This document shows positions 18,138-26,020 of a DNA stretch of 64,000 nucleotides, piece after piece. Made by a program: the position numbers and the translations under genes. The DNA is taken from positions 1-64,000 of the IMG/VR virus record IMGVR_UViG_3300026116_000002, one strand, 5' to 3'. Each line of letters opens with the position of its first letter. Position 1 is the stretch's first letter. This DNA comes from a virus. The notes beneath the pieces are model-generated. The model was not told the DNA's origin. It searched no databases and was given only the letters and a program-made list of their open reading frames with translations.

Positions 18138-18169
18138 AAGCCGCCCGCACCACAGGGCGGCTTTTGTTT
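18138..18169 (+). terminator. Rho-independent terminator
   Basis: AAGCCGCCC-loop-GGGCGGCTT followed by TTGTTT. Confidence 0.8.
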
Positions 18170-18193
18170 ACACGAAATACTATACATTTTAGC

Positions 18194-18222
18194 TTGACAT
18201 GATCACTCGGCAGTGCTATAAT
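18194..18222 (+). promoter_or_regulatory. Sigma70-type promoter
   Basis: Perfect TTGACA-17 bp-TATAAT. Confidence 0.85.
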
Positions 18223-18252
18223 ATAGTAAGTAAACGAGCAAGGAGATCGCAC

Positions 18253-18729
18253 ATGAGCAGATCAGGCTTAAACGAAGCCGATTTTGACAGTACCGAAGAT
18301 GTTTTGCAGTACGGCAGATTTCGCGGGCAGGTGAGCAGCGCTATCAAAGGTAAGCGTGGTCAGCAGTTCTTCAGGGCCGTCATCGAGGCGCTGGATGCCA
18401 TGCCGGAAAAGCGGTTGATCAGAAATCCGATGAATACGGCTGACGCAGGACCAGACGGTGATGTCGAGTACGACAGTCTAGGAGACGCTGACGGCAACGT
18501 TTGCGTGCTCGGTGCGCTGGCGAAGCATCGCGGGTTACCAGTGCTTGAGTTTGACGCCGAAGACCATGACAAGCTTGCTGAAACGTTCAACGTCGCGCCA
18601 CAACTTGCTCAGGAGGTCATGTGGATGAATGACGAATATTTCGACCGAGGCTTTACCCCTGAAGCTCGCTGGAAGAATATGAGGGAGTGGGCCGAGAAGC
18701 AGTTAAAAAAGGAGGCGGTATCAATATGA
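18253..18729 (+). CDS. Conserved phage protein
   Basis: MSRSG...RGQVSSAIKGKRGQQFF...ALDAMPEKRLI...VCVLGAL...NDE...TPEARW; RBS AAGGAGATC. Confidence 0.8.
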   Translation: MSRSGLNEADFDSTEDVLQYGRFRGQVSSAIKGKRGQQFFRAVIEALDAMPEKRLIRNPMNTADAGPDGDVEYDSLGDADGNVCVLGALAKHRGLPVLEFDAEDHDKLAETFNVAPQLAQEVMWMNDEYFDRGFTPEARWKNMREWAEKQLKKEAVSI

Positions 18730-19418
18730 GCGCATTGACTAACATCATCGAAGCCGACATCCGCGCAGTATTCGAGCCTGTACCCGACAGGCTAACCAGA
18801 CTGAAACCCGGCACGCGGTATGTCTGGATCAACGCATTGCCGGTCCCTGTCGACGTGTTCGACGTGTGCACGATCAAGAGGACTGACGGCCTTGAGACGA
18901 TCAGGCTCAGTGGTAGGGTTCTGCCGGTGCAAGTGAGGTAAACATGGAATTAGTGGTAAGCAGACAGCTTAGTGATAAGATTAAGGCCGGTTTGCCGATC
19001 AGTGGCCTAGCTTTTCCTGATAGCCTGATTGGCATACCAGTAAAAGTTTATGCTTTTCTTGCGGAAGATCAATGGATAGCGCTTGAGGACGGCCAGGTGG
19101 TTGGACTTGGGGGTTTTGGCGATCATGAAGGAGTAAAAGATGCCGAATAACCAGCAACCCAAGCCGCTAGTGCTGATCGCGGCATGTGTCCGCGAAGGGC
19201 AACACCATCTTCGTAATGTGCAGCAATCGGGCACCCCTGAGACCAAGGTGACGATCATCACGCCGAGTTATGGCTATGACAGACTGCGCGGGCTGAAACC
19301 AGCCGACTTTGATGTGCAGTACGTCGACGGCTGGAGCAGAACAGTCGGTCAGGGTGCGGCGTACAAGGCGAAGGTGCACGATCTGACCGACTACCTCAAA
19401 GCATACGGCTGGATGTAA
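18726..19418 (+). CDS. Three small hypothetical genes (18726-18941, 18944-19150, 19140-19418)
   Basis: Tightly packed, each with GGAG/GAGG-type RBS. Confidence 0.55.
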
Positions 19419-19423
19419 AACAC

Positions 19424-19771
19424 ATGGCATTTATAGACCTATCAGGGCGAACGTTTGGGCAATTCAAAGTGGTCAAGCGCGTCATGAAGCCGGAAGGCAT
19501 CAAGAGCCGTTCGGCGCGGTGGCTGTGCCGCTGCAACGCATGCGGCAAGTCCAAGTCGATCTCGGCTGATTGCCTGACGCGCGGGCACTTTGAATGCTCG
19601 TGTGCTCGTACGAAAAGAGGGCGATCAAGAGACCCGCTGCGGCATCCTAGCGTCTCGTCGCAGCTTTATCACCAGCGCATCGCAAAGCTCGGATGGAGCG
19701 AGCAGGACGCGCTCACGTTGCCTTGTGGGCAGAGGCGCGGGCGGAAACCGAAAGGAGTTAACCATGAGTGA
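19424..19771 (+). CDS. HNH-endonuclease-related protein lacking the catalytic core
   Basis: IDLSGRTFG...WLCRCNACG...SC and RIAKLGWSEQDALTLP resemble both ends of 39141..39971; no HNH motif. Confidence 0.65.
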   Translation: MAFIDLSGRTFGQFKVVKRVMKPEGIKSRSARWLCRCNACGKSKSISADCLTRGHFECSCARTKRGRSRDPLRHPSVSSQLYHQRIAKLGWSEQDALTLPCGQRRGRKPKGVNHE

Positions 19772-20190
19772 CGCGCAGTATCTTGCCGCTATTAAAGCGG
19801 CAAAGGAGTTTATCGACGCGGCTGAGGCCGCGCAGTGTATTAGGTCCGAGATTAAGGTTGGTGAACGATCAACGATTGAGCATATGACGACCGGCACTAA
19901 GGAGTGTGGGGAGGCCAAGCGTCGATCGATGACGCTGACCCGGCAGTTAGCACGGTTCAGGAAAGGGCTGGCGTGACATGCCTCGACGCAAAGGCCCGCA
20001 CAACGTTGTTCTTAATCCGTTCCCGGCCACAGCAAGGGCCGAGGGACGCACTGAGCAGGTGAGGATCAACGGAGCCATCTCGAAGTTTGCCAAGGCGAGA
20101 CTCGATGAAGCTCCAGGCGAGAGCAACACGCAAAAGCTTGACTCGTGCTTGCTTGCTCTGTTAGAATTGGAGCAGAAGCTACGGTCATGA
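19764..20190 (+). CDS. Two small hypothetical genes (19764-19976, 19978-20190)
   Basis: AAAGGAG RBS; operon packing. Confidence 0.5.
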
Positions 20191-20453
20191 TACAGGAGGC
20201 TTACTATGTGGCAATGGGTTTGCCTGCACCCAAGGGAGGTGTCGGGCGCAATCACAGTGTTCGTGTGCGTCATGATATTGCTGTTCATCGGGTGGGCGCT
20301 GGCGAGTAAGGCGGGTTGACATGAGAAACGCCAAGTTGACACACTGTGTTCGCTGCGGCAAGCCAGTGCAGAATGATAATACTGCGCATATATGCCTCGG
20401 CAATGGCAACTGGATTGACGTGGAGCGTATCAAGCGCGAGAACGGAGTACTTA

Positions 20454-20984
20454 ATGAGAAAACTGAGCAAGACGATACTGCTGGCGGTCGTGCTGATGGC
20501 CGCAGGGTGCGAGCCGCAGGAGCCGACACCGGCTGCGCCAGCGTTAGCGCAGGCGACCGCGCAGTATCCTGACGAGCCGAACTCCAAGCTGACGCCGGGG
20601 GATGTCAGGACGACTGACCTGAACGAGATACTGAACGTTAAGACGAGCACAGTCAGGAATGTGCCGGAGAGCGAGAAGGCGGCGGTGTGGGCCTCTTACG
20701 CGAAGGCGTATCCGGGGGTGTTCGGTGATCGATCGCGCTGGAAAGACGTAGAGTTCGATCATGTAATCTCCCTTACGCTTGGTGGGAGTAATAGCCCAAA
20801 AAACCTGTGGCCCGAGCATTACTCTCAGCCGTGGGGCGCTCATCAAAAGGACGCCTTAGAAGATCACCTGAGAGCGCTGTTGGCCCATGGGGTGATTTCG
20901 GTACCAGAGGCCCAACACGCGATTGCTACTGACTGGATCGCGGCCTACAAGAAGTACATGTCGGTGTCGGCTACTAAGCAATAA
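20454..20984 (+). CDS. Lipoprotein with HNH-like nuclease domain
   Basis: MRKLSKTILLAVVLMAAG/C lipobox; VEFDHVISLTLGGSNSPKNLWPE...HQKDALE. Confidence 0.75.
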   Translation: MRKLSKTILLAVVLMAAGCEPQEPTPAAPALAQATAQYPDEPNSKLTPGDVRTTDLNEILNVKTSTVRNVPESEKAAVWASYAKAYPGVFGDRSRWKDVEFDHVISLTLGGSNSPKNLWPEHYSQPWGAHQKDALEDHLRALLAHGVISVPEAQHAIATDWIAAYKKYMSVSATKQ

Positions 20985-21001
20985 CTGGGTACAGTATCAG
21001 T

Positions 21002-21181
21002 ATGATAACCATTCTCATCGAACTCTTGATAGCCGCGCTCGTGATTGCGTTGTTCGTAATCGGTCTAAATGCGATACCGGGGTTGCCTGCATGGGTCAAG
21101 CCGGTGTTCTGCATCATCGCCGCGATCGTTGTACTGCTTTACCTGCTCGGCGGCGGGACGCACATACCAGCCATACGGTAA
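21002..21181 (+). CDS. Small two-TM membrane protein
   Basis: Not in ORF track: MITILIELLIAALVIALFVIGLNAIPGLPAWVKPVFCIIAAIVVLLYLLGGGTHIPAIR. Confidence 0.7.
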   Translation: MITILIELLIAALVIALFVIGLNAIPGLPAWVKPVFCIIAAIVVLLYLLGGGTHIPAIR

Positions 21182-21189
21182 GATTTCTC

Positions 21190-21295
21190 TTGCCAAGCGA
21201 AATGATCTGTGCTATTATAGAGTTGTTCGGTTGATAGTTACTCTAACGGTGATCTCCTTGCGGGCGTCGGCTGTCATGGGCCGACGCCCGTGCTC
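21190..21295 (+). ncRNA. Candidate ~70-nt small RNA with its own promoter and 3' hairpin
   Basis: TTGCCA-17 bp-TATTAT (21190-21218); GGTGATCTCCTT (21248-21259); hairpin GCGGGCGTCGGC/GCCGACGCCCGT. Confidence 0.45.
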
Positions 21296-21322
21296 ACGTC
21301 AGGTGTGTGGTAGACTGTCAGT

Positions 21323-24106
21323 ATGGTGTACGTACCGAGAAAAACCGCAGCGCCCCCTCCGATAGTGCTCGATGACGAACTCATAAGTCAGATCAAGACG
21401 ATTGCGACTGGCTACATCCAGACCGAAGCAACCCCCGAGGCGGCGTACGCCAAACTCCTCAAAACGTTCCACATGCTGCCTGAGAAGGTGATTATCGAGG
21501 CGCTGACGCCGAAGGTACTCCCTCCGATTCCCGCGAGGCCAATACTCCATGAAGGCCAGATCGATATCAAGTCTCATGCCAAACGCTTCAACGTTATCAA
21601 CTGCGGCAGGCGCTTCGGTAAAGATATCCTTTGTATCGACCTCGCGATTGACATATTGGAGAAGGGCGGCAAGTGCGGCTGGTATCAGCCAACGTACAAG
21701 TCTCTCATGGAGGTATGGCGTGCCTGTAAGCGCATTCTCGCCCCGATCATCCCAAAGAATGGCATCAATGTCCTCGATAAGCGCATCGAGGTAACCACTG
21801 GGGGCTTGATAGAGTTTTGGTCTCTTGACGGTGACCCGGAAGCCAGCCGAGGCCGAGACTACGACCGAGTAATCATCAACGAGGCGGCTAAGGCGCGTCA
21901 GCTTCAGACGGCATGGGACTTGGCGATCAGGCCAACACTCATGGACCGCCGTGGTGACGCGTGGTTCCCGTCGACCCCGAGAGGCCGTGATTACTACTTC
22001 GATCTATTCCAGCGCGGCCAGGTTGGCAGTCTTGATTATGACCCGAACTGGGTGTCGTGGCAGAAACCGACGCATGACAACCCTCACATCCCCAAGGAAG
22101 AATTGGTCGACGCCGAGAAATCTATGCCGGTCACCGTCTACCGTCAGGAAATCTTGGCTGAGTTTCTGGACGTTGCGGGGCGGTTCTTCGACGAGTGGGA
22201 ACCTGCGCAGTGGGTCACGTTCATCGACGCAAGCGGCAAGATAAGTCAGCGCGAAGAGGCTTGGCATGTCGTGGAGCCATTCCCGATCCCGGACCACTGG
22301 CAGGTGTGGGCATCGGTCGACCCAGGCACAAGCAAGCACGCTAGAACTCACGCGGTGTTGTTCTTTGCCTCTGATCCAGAGGGCGGGGTTGTAATATTTG
22401 ACGAAATCTATGAAAAGGGGAAGCAGTCAGCAGAGCAAGCAGAGTTATTGCTACTGAAACTTGAGACGTATAAAAGGGCTTGCCCTGTTGACCCTGCTCG
22501 CCGTAATGGACTATGGCGGCTTAATACAGGGCCAATCCCGTGCGATTACGCCAACTTCTTTCCCCCGCCTATCAGTCATACAAGTAATGCGGTGTCGTTG
22601 GCAAGTGCGGAGCGAATCGGTAAATGGCCCGTTGAATATTATCATGAGCGTGGTATTCGAGCCGTAAGAGCCGTAAAAGATCGCATTGCTGGTTGGCGAG
22701 AAATGAAACAATGGCTTCATGACACTCTCCCTATTAAGCCAGATTCTGCCCGACTTTCTAAGGTTGACGGAGAAGACAGTCGCCCTAAGCTTCGCGTCTT
22801 CAGGGGAAGGTGCGCAAATTTAATTCGCACGATACCCCTGATGATACGTGACGAGCGAAAACCCGAGGATATTGAAGAGGACACTCTTGGGGTTGGTGAT
22901 AACGCCGGTCACCTGGAGCAGCATCTCGTTGACTGCTGCTTTATTGCCGGGACATTAATATCAACTAGCTTGGGAGACCGCCCGATCGAGGATATTAAAT
23001 ACGGTGATATGGTGTGGACACGTAAAGGTTTGAGACGTGTAATCGCTTGCGGCCCTACCACACCGCGCGTCGTAGGTAAATTGATGATCGAAAGCGCGGA
23101 AATAGTAGGTACGCTGGACCACCCTGTATGGGTTGACGGGCAGGGGTTTACTGCCTTGGGTGCGATACGGTATAATGACAAGGTCGTTACCGTTAACCCC
23201 AAGGAGTTAGGCAAATGCCAGAGGTACAAGTCTTCGAAGGTGTCACATACCGCCGCTACCCGGAGTCAAAGCAAGAGTGCCATCGCAGGTATTTCTTCAG
23301 TAATAAGGACAGTTTGCATCGGGCTATATGGCGATCGGCTAATGGGGAAATCCCTAAAGGATATCATGTCCACCATAAAGACGAAGACTACTCGAATAAC
23401 ACGCTGGATAACCTTGAATGCCTGTCGCCCGACGAACACCGAAAGCGACATCCGTACAAGGGCAGTGGTAACATTATTTGGTGCAATTTCTGCGGTAAAG
23501 AGTTCAGCGCCAATACTCGGAATGACCGAGATCGATTTTGCTCTAACAGGTGCAAGTCAGCTTGGCGCAGGGCTAGTGGGGCTGACAATGAGCAACGCAT
23601 ATGCTCATGCGGGAAAGCCTTTGTTGTCAACCGCTACGAGGACACTGTTCACTGCTCTCGGCAGTGCGCTAGGCCGGGTGGCTACGAACGTCCTAAAATC
23701 GCTACGACTTGCAGGCAATGCTGGAAGGTTTTTGTTGCACGCAGTCAGAAGGCCATTTACTGCTCTACGGCCTGTCGTAAGCGATGGGATAGAAATCATA
23801 GGGGTAAGGACAGTCTACAACCTAACGGTTGAGGGTTGCCCCGAATACTTTGCAAATGGGGTCCTGGTCCATAATTGCAGGTATGGCCTCATGTCTCGGC
23901 CCGGAGTATCACCGGATGAGCCGGAAGCCGAGATGACGCCGCAGGAAGTGTACGTAAGCACGAACCAGGCGAGGGATGACGCGGCCCTCGACTATCGCAA
24001 CGCCCGCATGGGCCTCAAGCGCGATGGCTTCCACGAAGACGGCTCTGTGAAGTGGGTTGCATCAAAGCGTATCAAGCCCAAGTCAAGGCGACCGATGGGC
24101 GTCTAA
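21323..24106 (+). CDS. terL: Terminase large subunit containing an intein
   Basis: CGRRFGKD Walker A, RVIINEAA Walker B, STPRG, YRQEILAEF, SVDPG nuclease Asp; splicing restores HLVDCCRY. Confidence 0.92.
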   Translation: MVYVPRKTAAPPPIVLDDELISQIKTIATGYIQTEATPEAAYAKLLKTFHMLPEKVIIEALTPKVLPPIPARPILHEGQIDIKSHAKRFNVINCGRRFGKDILCIDLAIDILEKGGKCGWYQPTYKSLMEVWRACKRILAPIIPKNGINVLDKRIEVTTGGLIEFWSLDGDPEASRGRDYDRVIINEAAKARQLQTAWDLAIRPTLMDRRGDAWFPSTPRGRDYYFDLFQRGQVGSLDYDPNWVSWQKPTHDNPHIPKEELVDAEKSMPVTVYRQEILAEFLDVAGRFFDEWEPAQWVTFIDASGKISQREEAWHVVEPFPIPDHWQVWASVDPGTSKHARTHAVLFFASDPEGGVVIFDEIYEKGKQSAEQAELLLLKLETYKRACPVDPARRNGLWRLNTGPIPCDYANFFPPPISHTSNAVSLASAERIGKWPVEYYHERGIRAVRAVKDRIAGWREMKQWLHDTLPIKPDSARLSKVDGEDSRPKLRVFRGRCANLIRTIPLMIRDERKPEDIEEDTLGVGDNAGHLEQHLVDCCFIAGTLISTSLGDRPIEDIKYGDMVWTRKGLRRVIACGPTTPRVVGKLMIESAEIVGTLDHPVWVDGQGFTALGAIRYNDKVVTVNPKELGKCQRYKSSKVSHTAATRSQSKSAIAGISSVIRTVCIGLYGDRLMGKSLKDIMSTIKTKTTRITRWITLNACRPTNTESDIRTRAVVTLFGAISAVKSSAPILGMTEIDFALTGASQLGAGLVGLTMSNAYAHAGKPLLSTATRTLFTALGSALGRVATNVLKSLRLAGNAGRFLLHAVRRPFTALRPVVSDGIEIIGVRTVYNLTVEGCPEYFANGVLVHNCRYGLMSRPGVSPDEPEAEMTPQEVYVSTNQARDDAALDYRNARMGLKRDGFHEDGSVKWVASKRIKPKSRRPMGV
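22937..23875 (+). mobile_element. Intein, 313 aa, in the TerL nuclease domain
   Basis: Block A CFIAGTLI, block B GTLDHPVW, blocks F/G VYNLTVEGCPEYFANGVLVHN, +1 Cys. Confidence 0.92.
23215..23832 (+). CDS. HNH homing endonuclease with Zn fingers, nested out of frame in the intein
   Basis: LHRAIW...GEIPKGYHVHHKDEDYSNNTLDNLECLSPDEHRKRH plus three CxxC/CSxxC modules; AAGGAG at 23201. Confidence 0.88.
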   Translation: MPEVQVFEGVTYRRYPESKQECHRRYFFSNKDSLHRAIWRSANGEIPKGYHVHHKDEDYSNNTLDNLECLSPDEHRKRHPYKGSGNIIWCNFCGKEFSANTRNDRDRFCSNRCKSAWRRASGADNEQRICSCGKAFVVNRYEDTVHCSRQCARPGGYERPKIATTCRQCWKVFVARSQKAIYCSTACRKRWDRNHRGKDSLQPNG

Positions 24107-24169
24107 TTGCTGAGTTATTGCAAAACAAAGTGACTAGTGGTATATTAAGCACAAGGAAACGGGTTTTAT

Positions 24170-25288
24170 ATGAACATGCGAGGACGACGCGGCAGGGGTA
24201 TGAAGGCTGAGATTTCACCTGCCACTAAAATCGGTGTTGTAATCGAGAAGGACAAGTCTTGGACGACTGAGACCCCTGAGTTGCCCGAGGGGCAGTTTCT
24301 CACGACTGAAGTGGCTGACGCGATTGACGAACTGGAAGGTATAGAGATCGTTGAGGTCGAGCCTGAACCCGACGTTGCAACTGTGTACCGGTGGGAGATT
24401 CCCGGCGCGGACGGCTACGCGCTCAGGATCGAGTTTGAAGCTCAGAACGCGGACGAAGCGCGTGAGTTCGCTAAGGTCGTGTCAGTTGGCGATGAAGGCA
24501 ATAGCCGGTCGCTCACGTCGCTTGAGCGCAACTGGATCACCACTACCGAGCCGCAAGTCGTCCGCGCCACTGAGGCAATCACGCTTGATCTTGACAGCGC
24601 CCTGCTCGTGAACGACAGGCTCTGGCGCGAGAACGAGACCTATCGGCAGGCAGTAGCGTTATTCGAGCAGCACGGCATCGACATCAACGACCCAATGGCA
24701 TGGGCCGAGTCACAGCAAACAGCCGCGCAGCACAAGATCGACCGCGCCGATCGTGTACGCGCTGGCAAAATGCGCGAGCTTGTGCAGGCGTTGCAGAACG
24801 TCGACCGAGCGCTGCATGACGCGATTGAACTGGACGAAGAGTTCGCCCCGCCGAAGCCCGCAGTTCCGCAGGAGCCTGACTACTCAAAGCTCGTCATTGT
24901 CACGGACGGATCAGTGGAGGACATGCCGCACCTCTACCCAAGACTGGCAAACGCCAAGTTCACAAAGGTGTCTCCAGCCGACCCTTTGACCGATGAAGAG
25001 CGCCATGGCTACAGTATCATCTTCGAGAATGGCGACGGGCTGATCGAGGACTACCGTATCCGTCGTGCTGGACCCGGCGAACAGGAGCCGCTTCGGGCCA
25101 TCAGCCGACGCATTCAGGCGCTTGTTGGCTTGACCGCTGAGAAGGCTGTCGAGGCTGCGCCCCCTGTCAAGACCGGGCCTACCGGCATCCCTGGCTCGCT
25201 CGTCATTCCAAAGGACAATGGAGATATGGACTTTGTATCGACGATCAGTGATGGAGTGCAGCCGAGCGGCTGGAAGGTGCAGTCGTAA
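24170..25288 (+). CDS. Hypothetical protein
   Basis: 372-aa ORF between terL and portal. Confidence 0.7.
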   Translation: MNMRGRRGRGMKAEISPATKIGVVIEKDKSWTTETPELPEGQFLTTEVADAIDELEGIEIVEVEPEPDVATVYRWEIPGADGYALRIEFEAQNADEAREFAKVVSVGDEGNSRSLTSLERNWITTTEPQVVRATEAITLDLDSALLVNDRLWRENETYRQAVALFEQHGIDINDPMAWAESQQTAAQHKIDRADRVRAGKMRELVQALQNVDRALHDAIELDEEFAPPKPAVPQEPDYSKLVIVTDGSVEDMPHLYPRLANAKFTKVSPADPLTDEERHGYSIIFENGDGLIEDYRIRRAGPGEQEPLRAISRRIQALVGLTAEKAVEAAPPVKTGPTGIPGSLVIPKDNGDMDFVSTISDGVQPSGWKVQS

Positions 25289-25291
25289 TCA

Positions 25292-25474
25292 GTGCTTATT
25301 GCCGCGATCATACTGCTTACTGTCTGTGCGATCTCCTGCACTGTATGCGCCGTGATACTCAGCCTGCTTGCCCTGCGTCTTCAGGGTGTGAACCTGCCGA
25401 GGGTGCGCTTTGAGATAGCGCAGCTTTGGAAGCGCCGGAATAGGCCAAGCCAGAAGAGGCCGCGAGGAGTTTGA
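25292..25474 (+). CDS. Small membrane protein
   Basis: Hydrophobic N-terminus, basic tail. Confidence 0.45.
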   Translation: MLIAAIILLTVCAISCTVCAVILSLLALRLQGVNLPRVRFEIAQLWKRRNRPSQKRPRGV

Positions 25475-25475
25475 T

Positions 25476-25757
25476 ATGCCATTCAATCAAGCTAAAGGGA
25501 AGATGGTAGCCAATACCACGGCGAGTAAGCAGGCTCGGTCGAAGACTGCGGGGCCAAACTCCTCGTTTCCGATCGGGGATGCAAAACATGCCAGGTTGGC
25601 CGTGGGCGCAGCGCAGCGATCTGCCAACGCCGGGAATATCTCACAGTCGACGGCCGACAGTATCAAGGCAAAGGCTCGGGCAGCGCTCAAGTGCAGCGGT
25701 TGCAAGAAACCCGGCTTCGGTAACTACTGTCAGTCATGCGGAAAACCGATGAAATGA
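25476..25757 (+). CDS. Small basic phage protein with C-terminal Zn ribbon
   Basis: SFPIGDAKHARLA; CSGC...CQSC. Confidence 0.7.
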   Translation: MPFNQAKGKMVANTTASKQARSKTAGPNSSFPIGDAKHARLAVGAAQRSANAGNISQSTADSIKAKARAALKCSGCKKPGFGNYCQSCGKPMK

Positions 25758-25909
25758 GTGACGGTAACATTCGCGAGATAGTACGCGCCGAGATCAAAGC
25801 CGAGCTTGACGAGCGTGCTAAGTCGCACAAGAAGCATGGGTTAGTTCTACTCCGTGCGTTCGAGATGATGATAGCCGAACTCAGGAAGATGCTCGGCGTA
25901 GAGAAGTAG
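25754..25909 (+). CDS. Small hypothetical protein
   Basis: Not in ORF track; ATGA overlap; MSDGNIREIVRAEIK...LRKMLGVEK. Confidence 0.55.
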   Translation: MSDGNIREIVRAEIKAELDERAKSHKKHGLVLLRAFEMMIAELRKMLGVEK

Positions 25910-26020
25910 TACTGACAATTTTATACAGGCCGCATGCGCGAAAGCGTACCCGCCGCAATCGACGACTACTGATGGTAGCCGTAGGTTGCGGCTTTTGTCT
26001 TATCAGGCCAATCAAACTAA

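Noticed and set aside
22937-23875. Group I intron or frameshift error in terL
   Set aside because: The TerL frame is open throughout and has complete intein blocks A, B, F and G.
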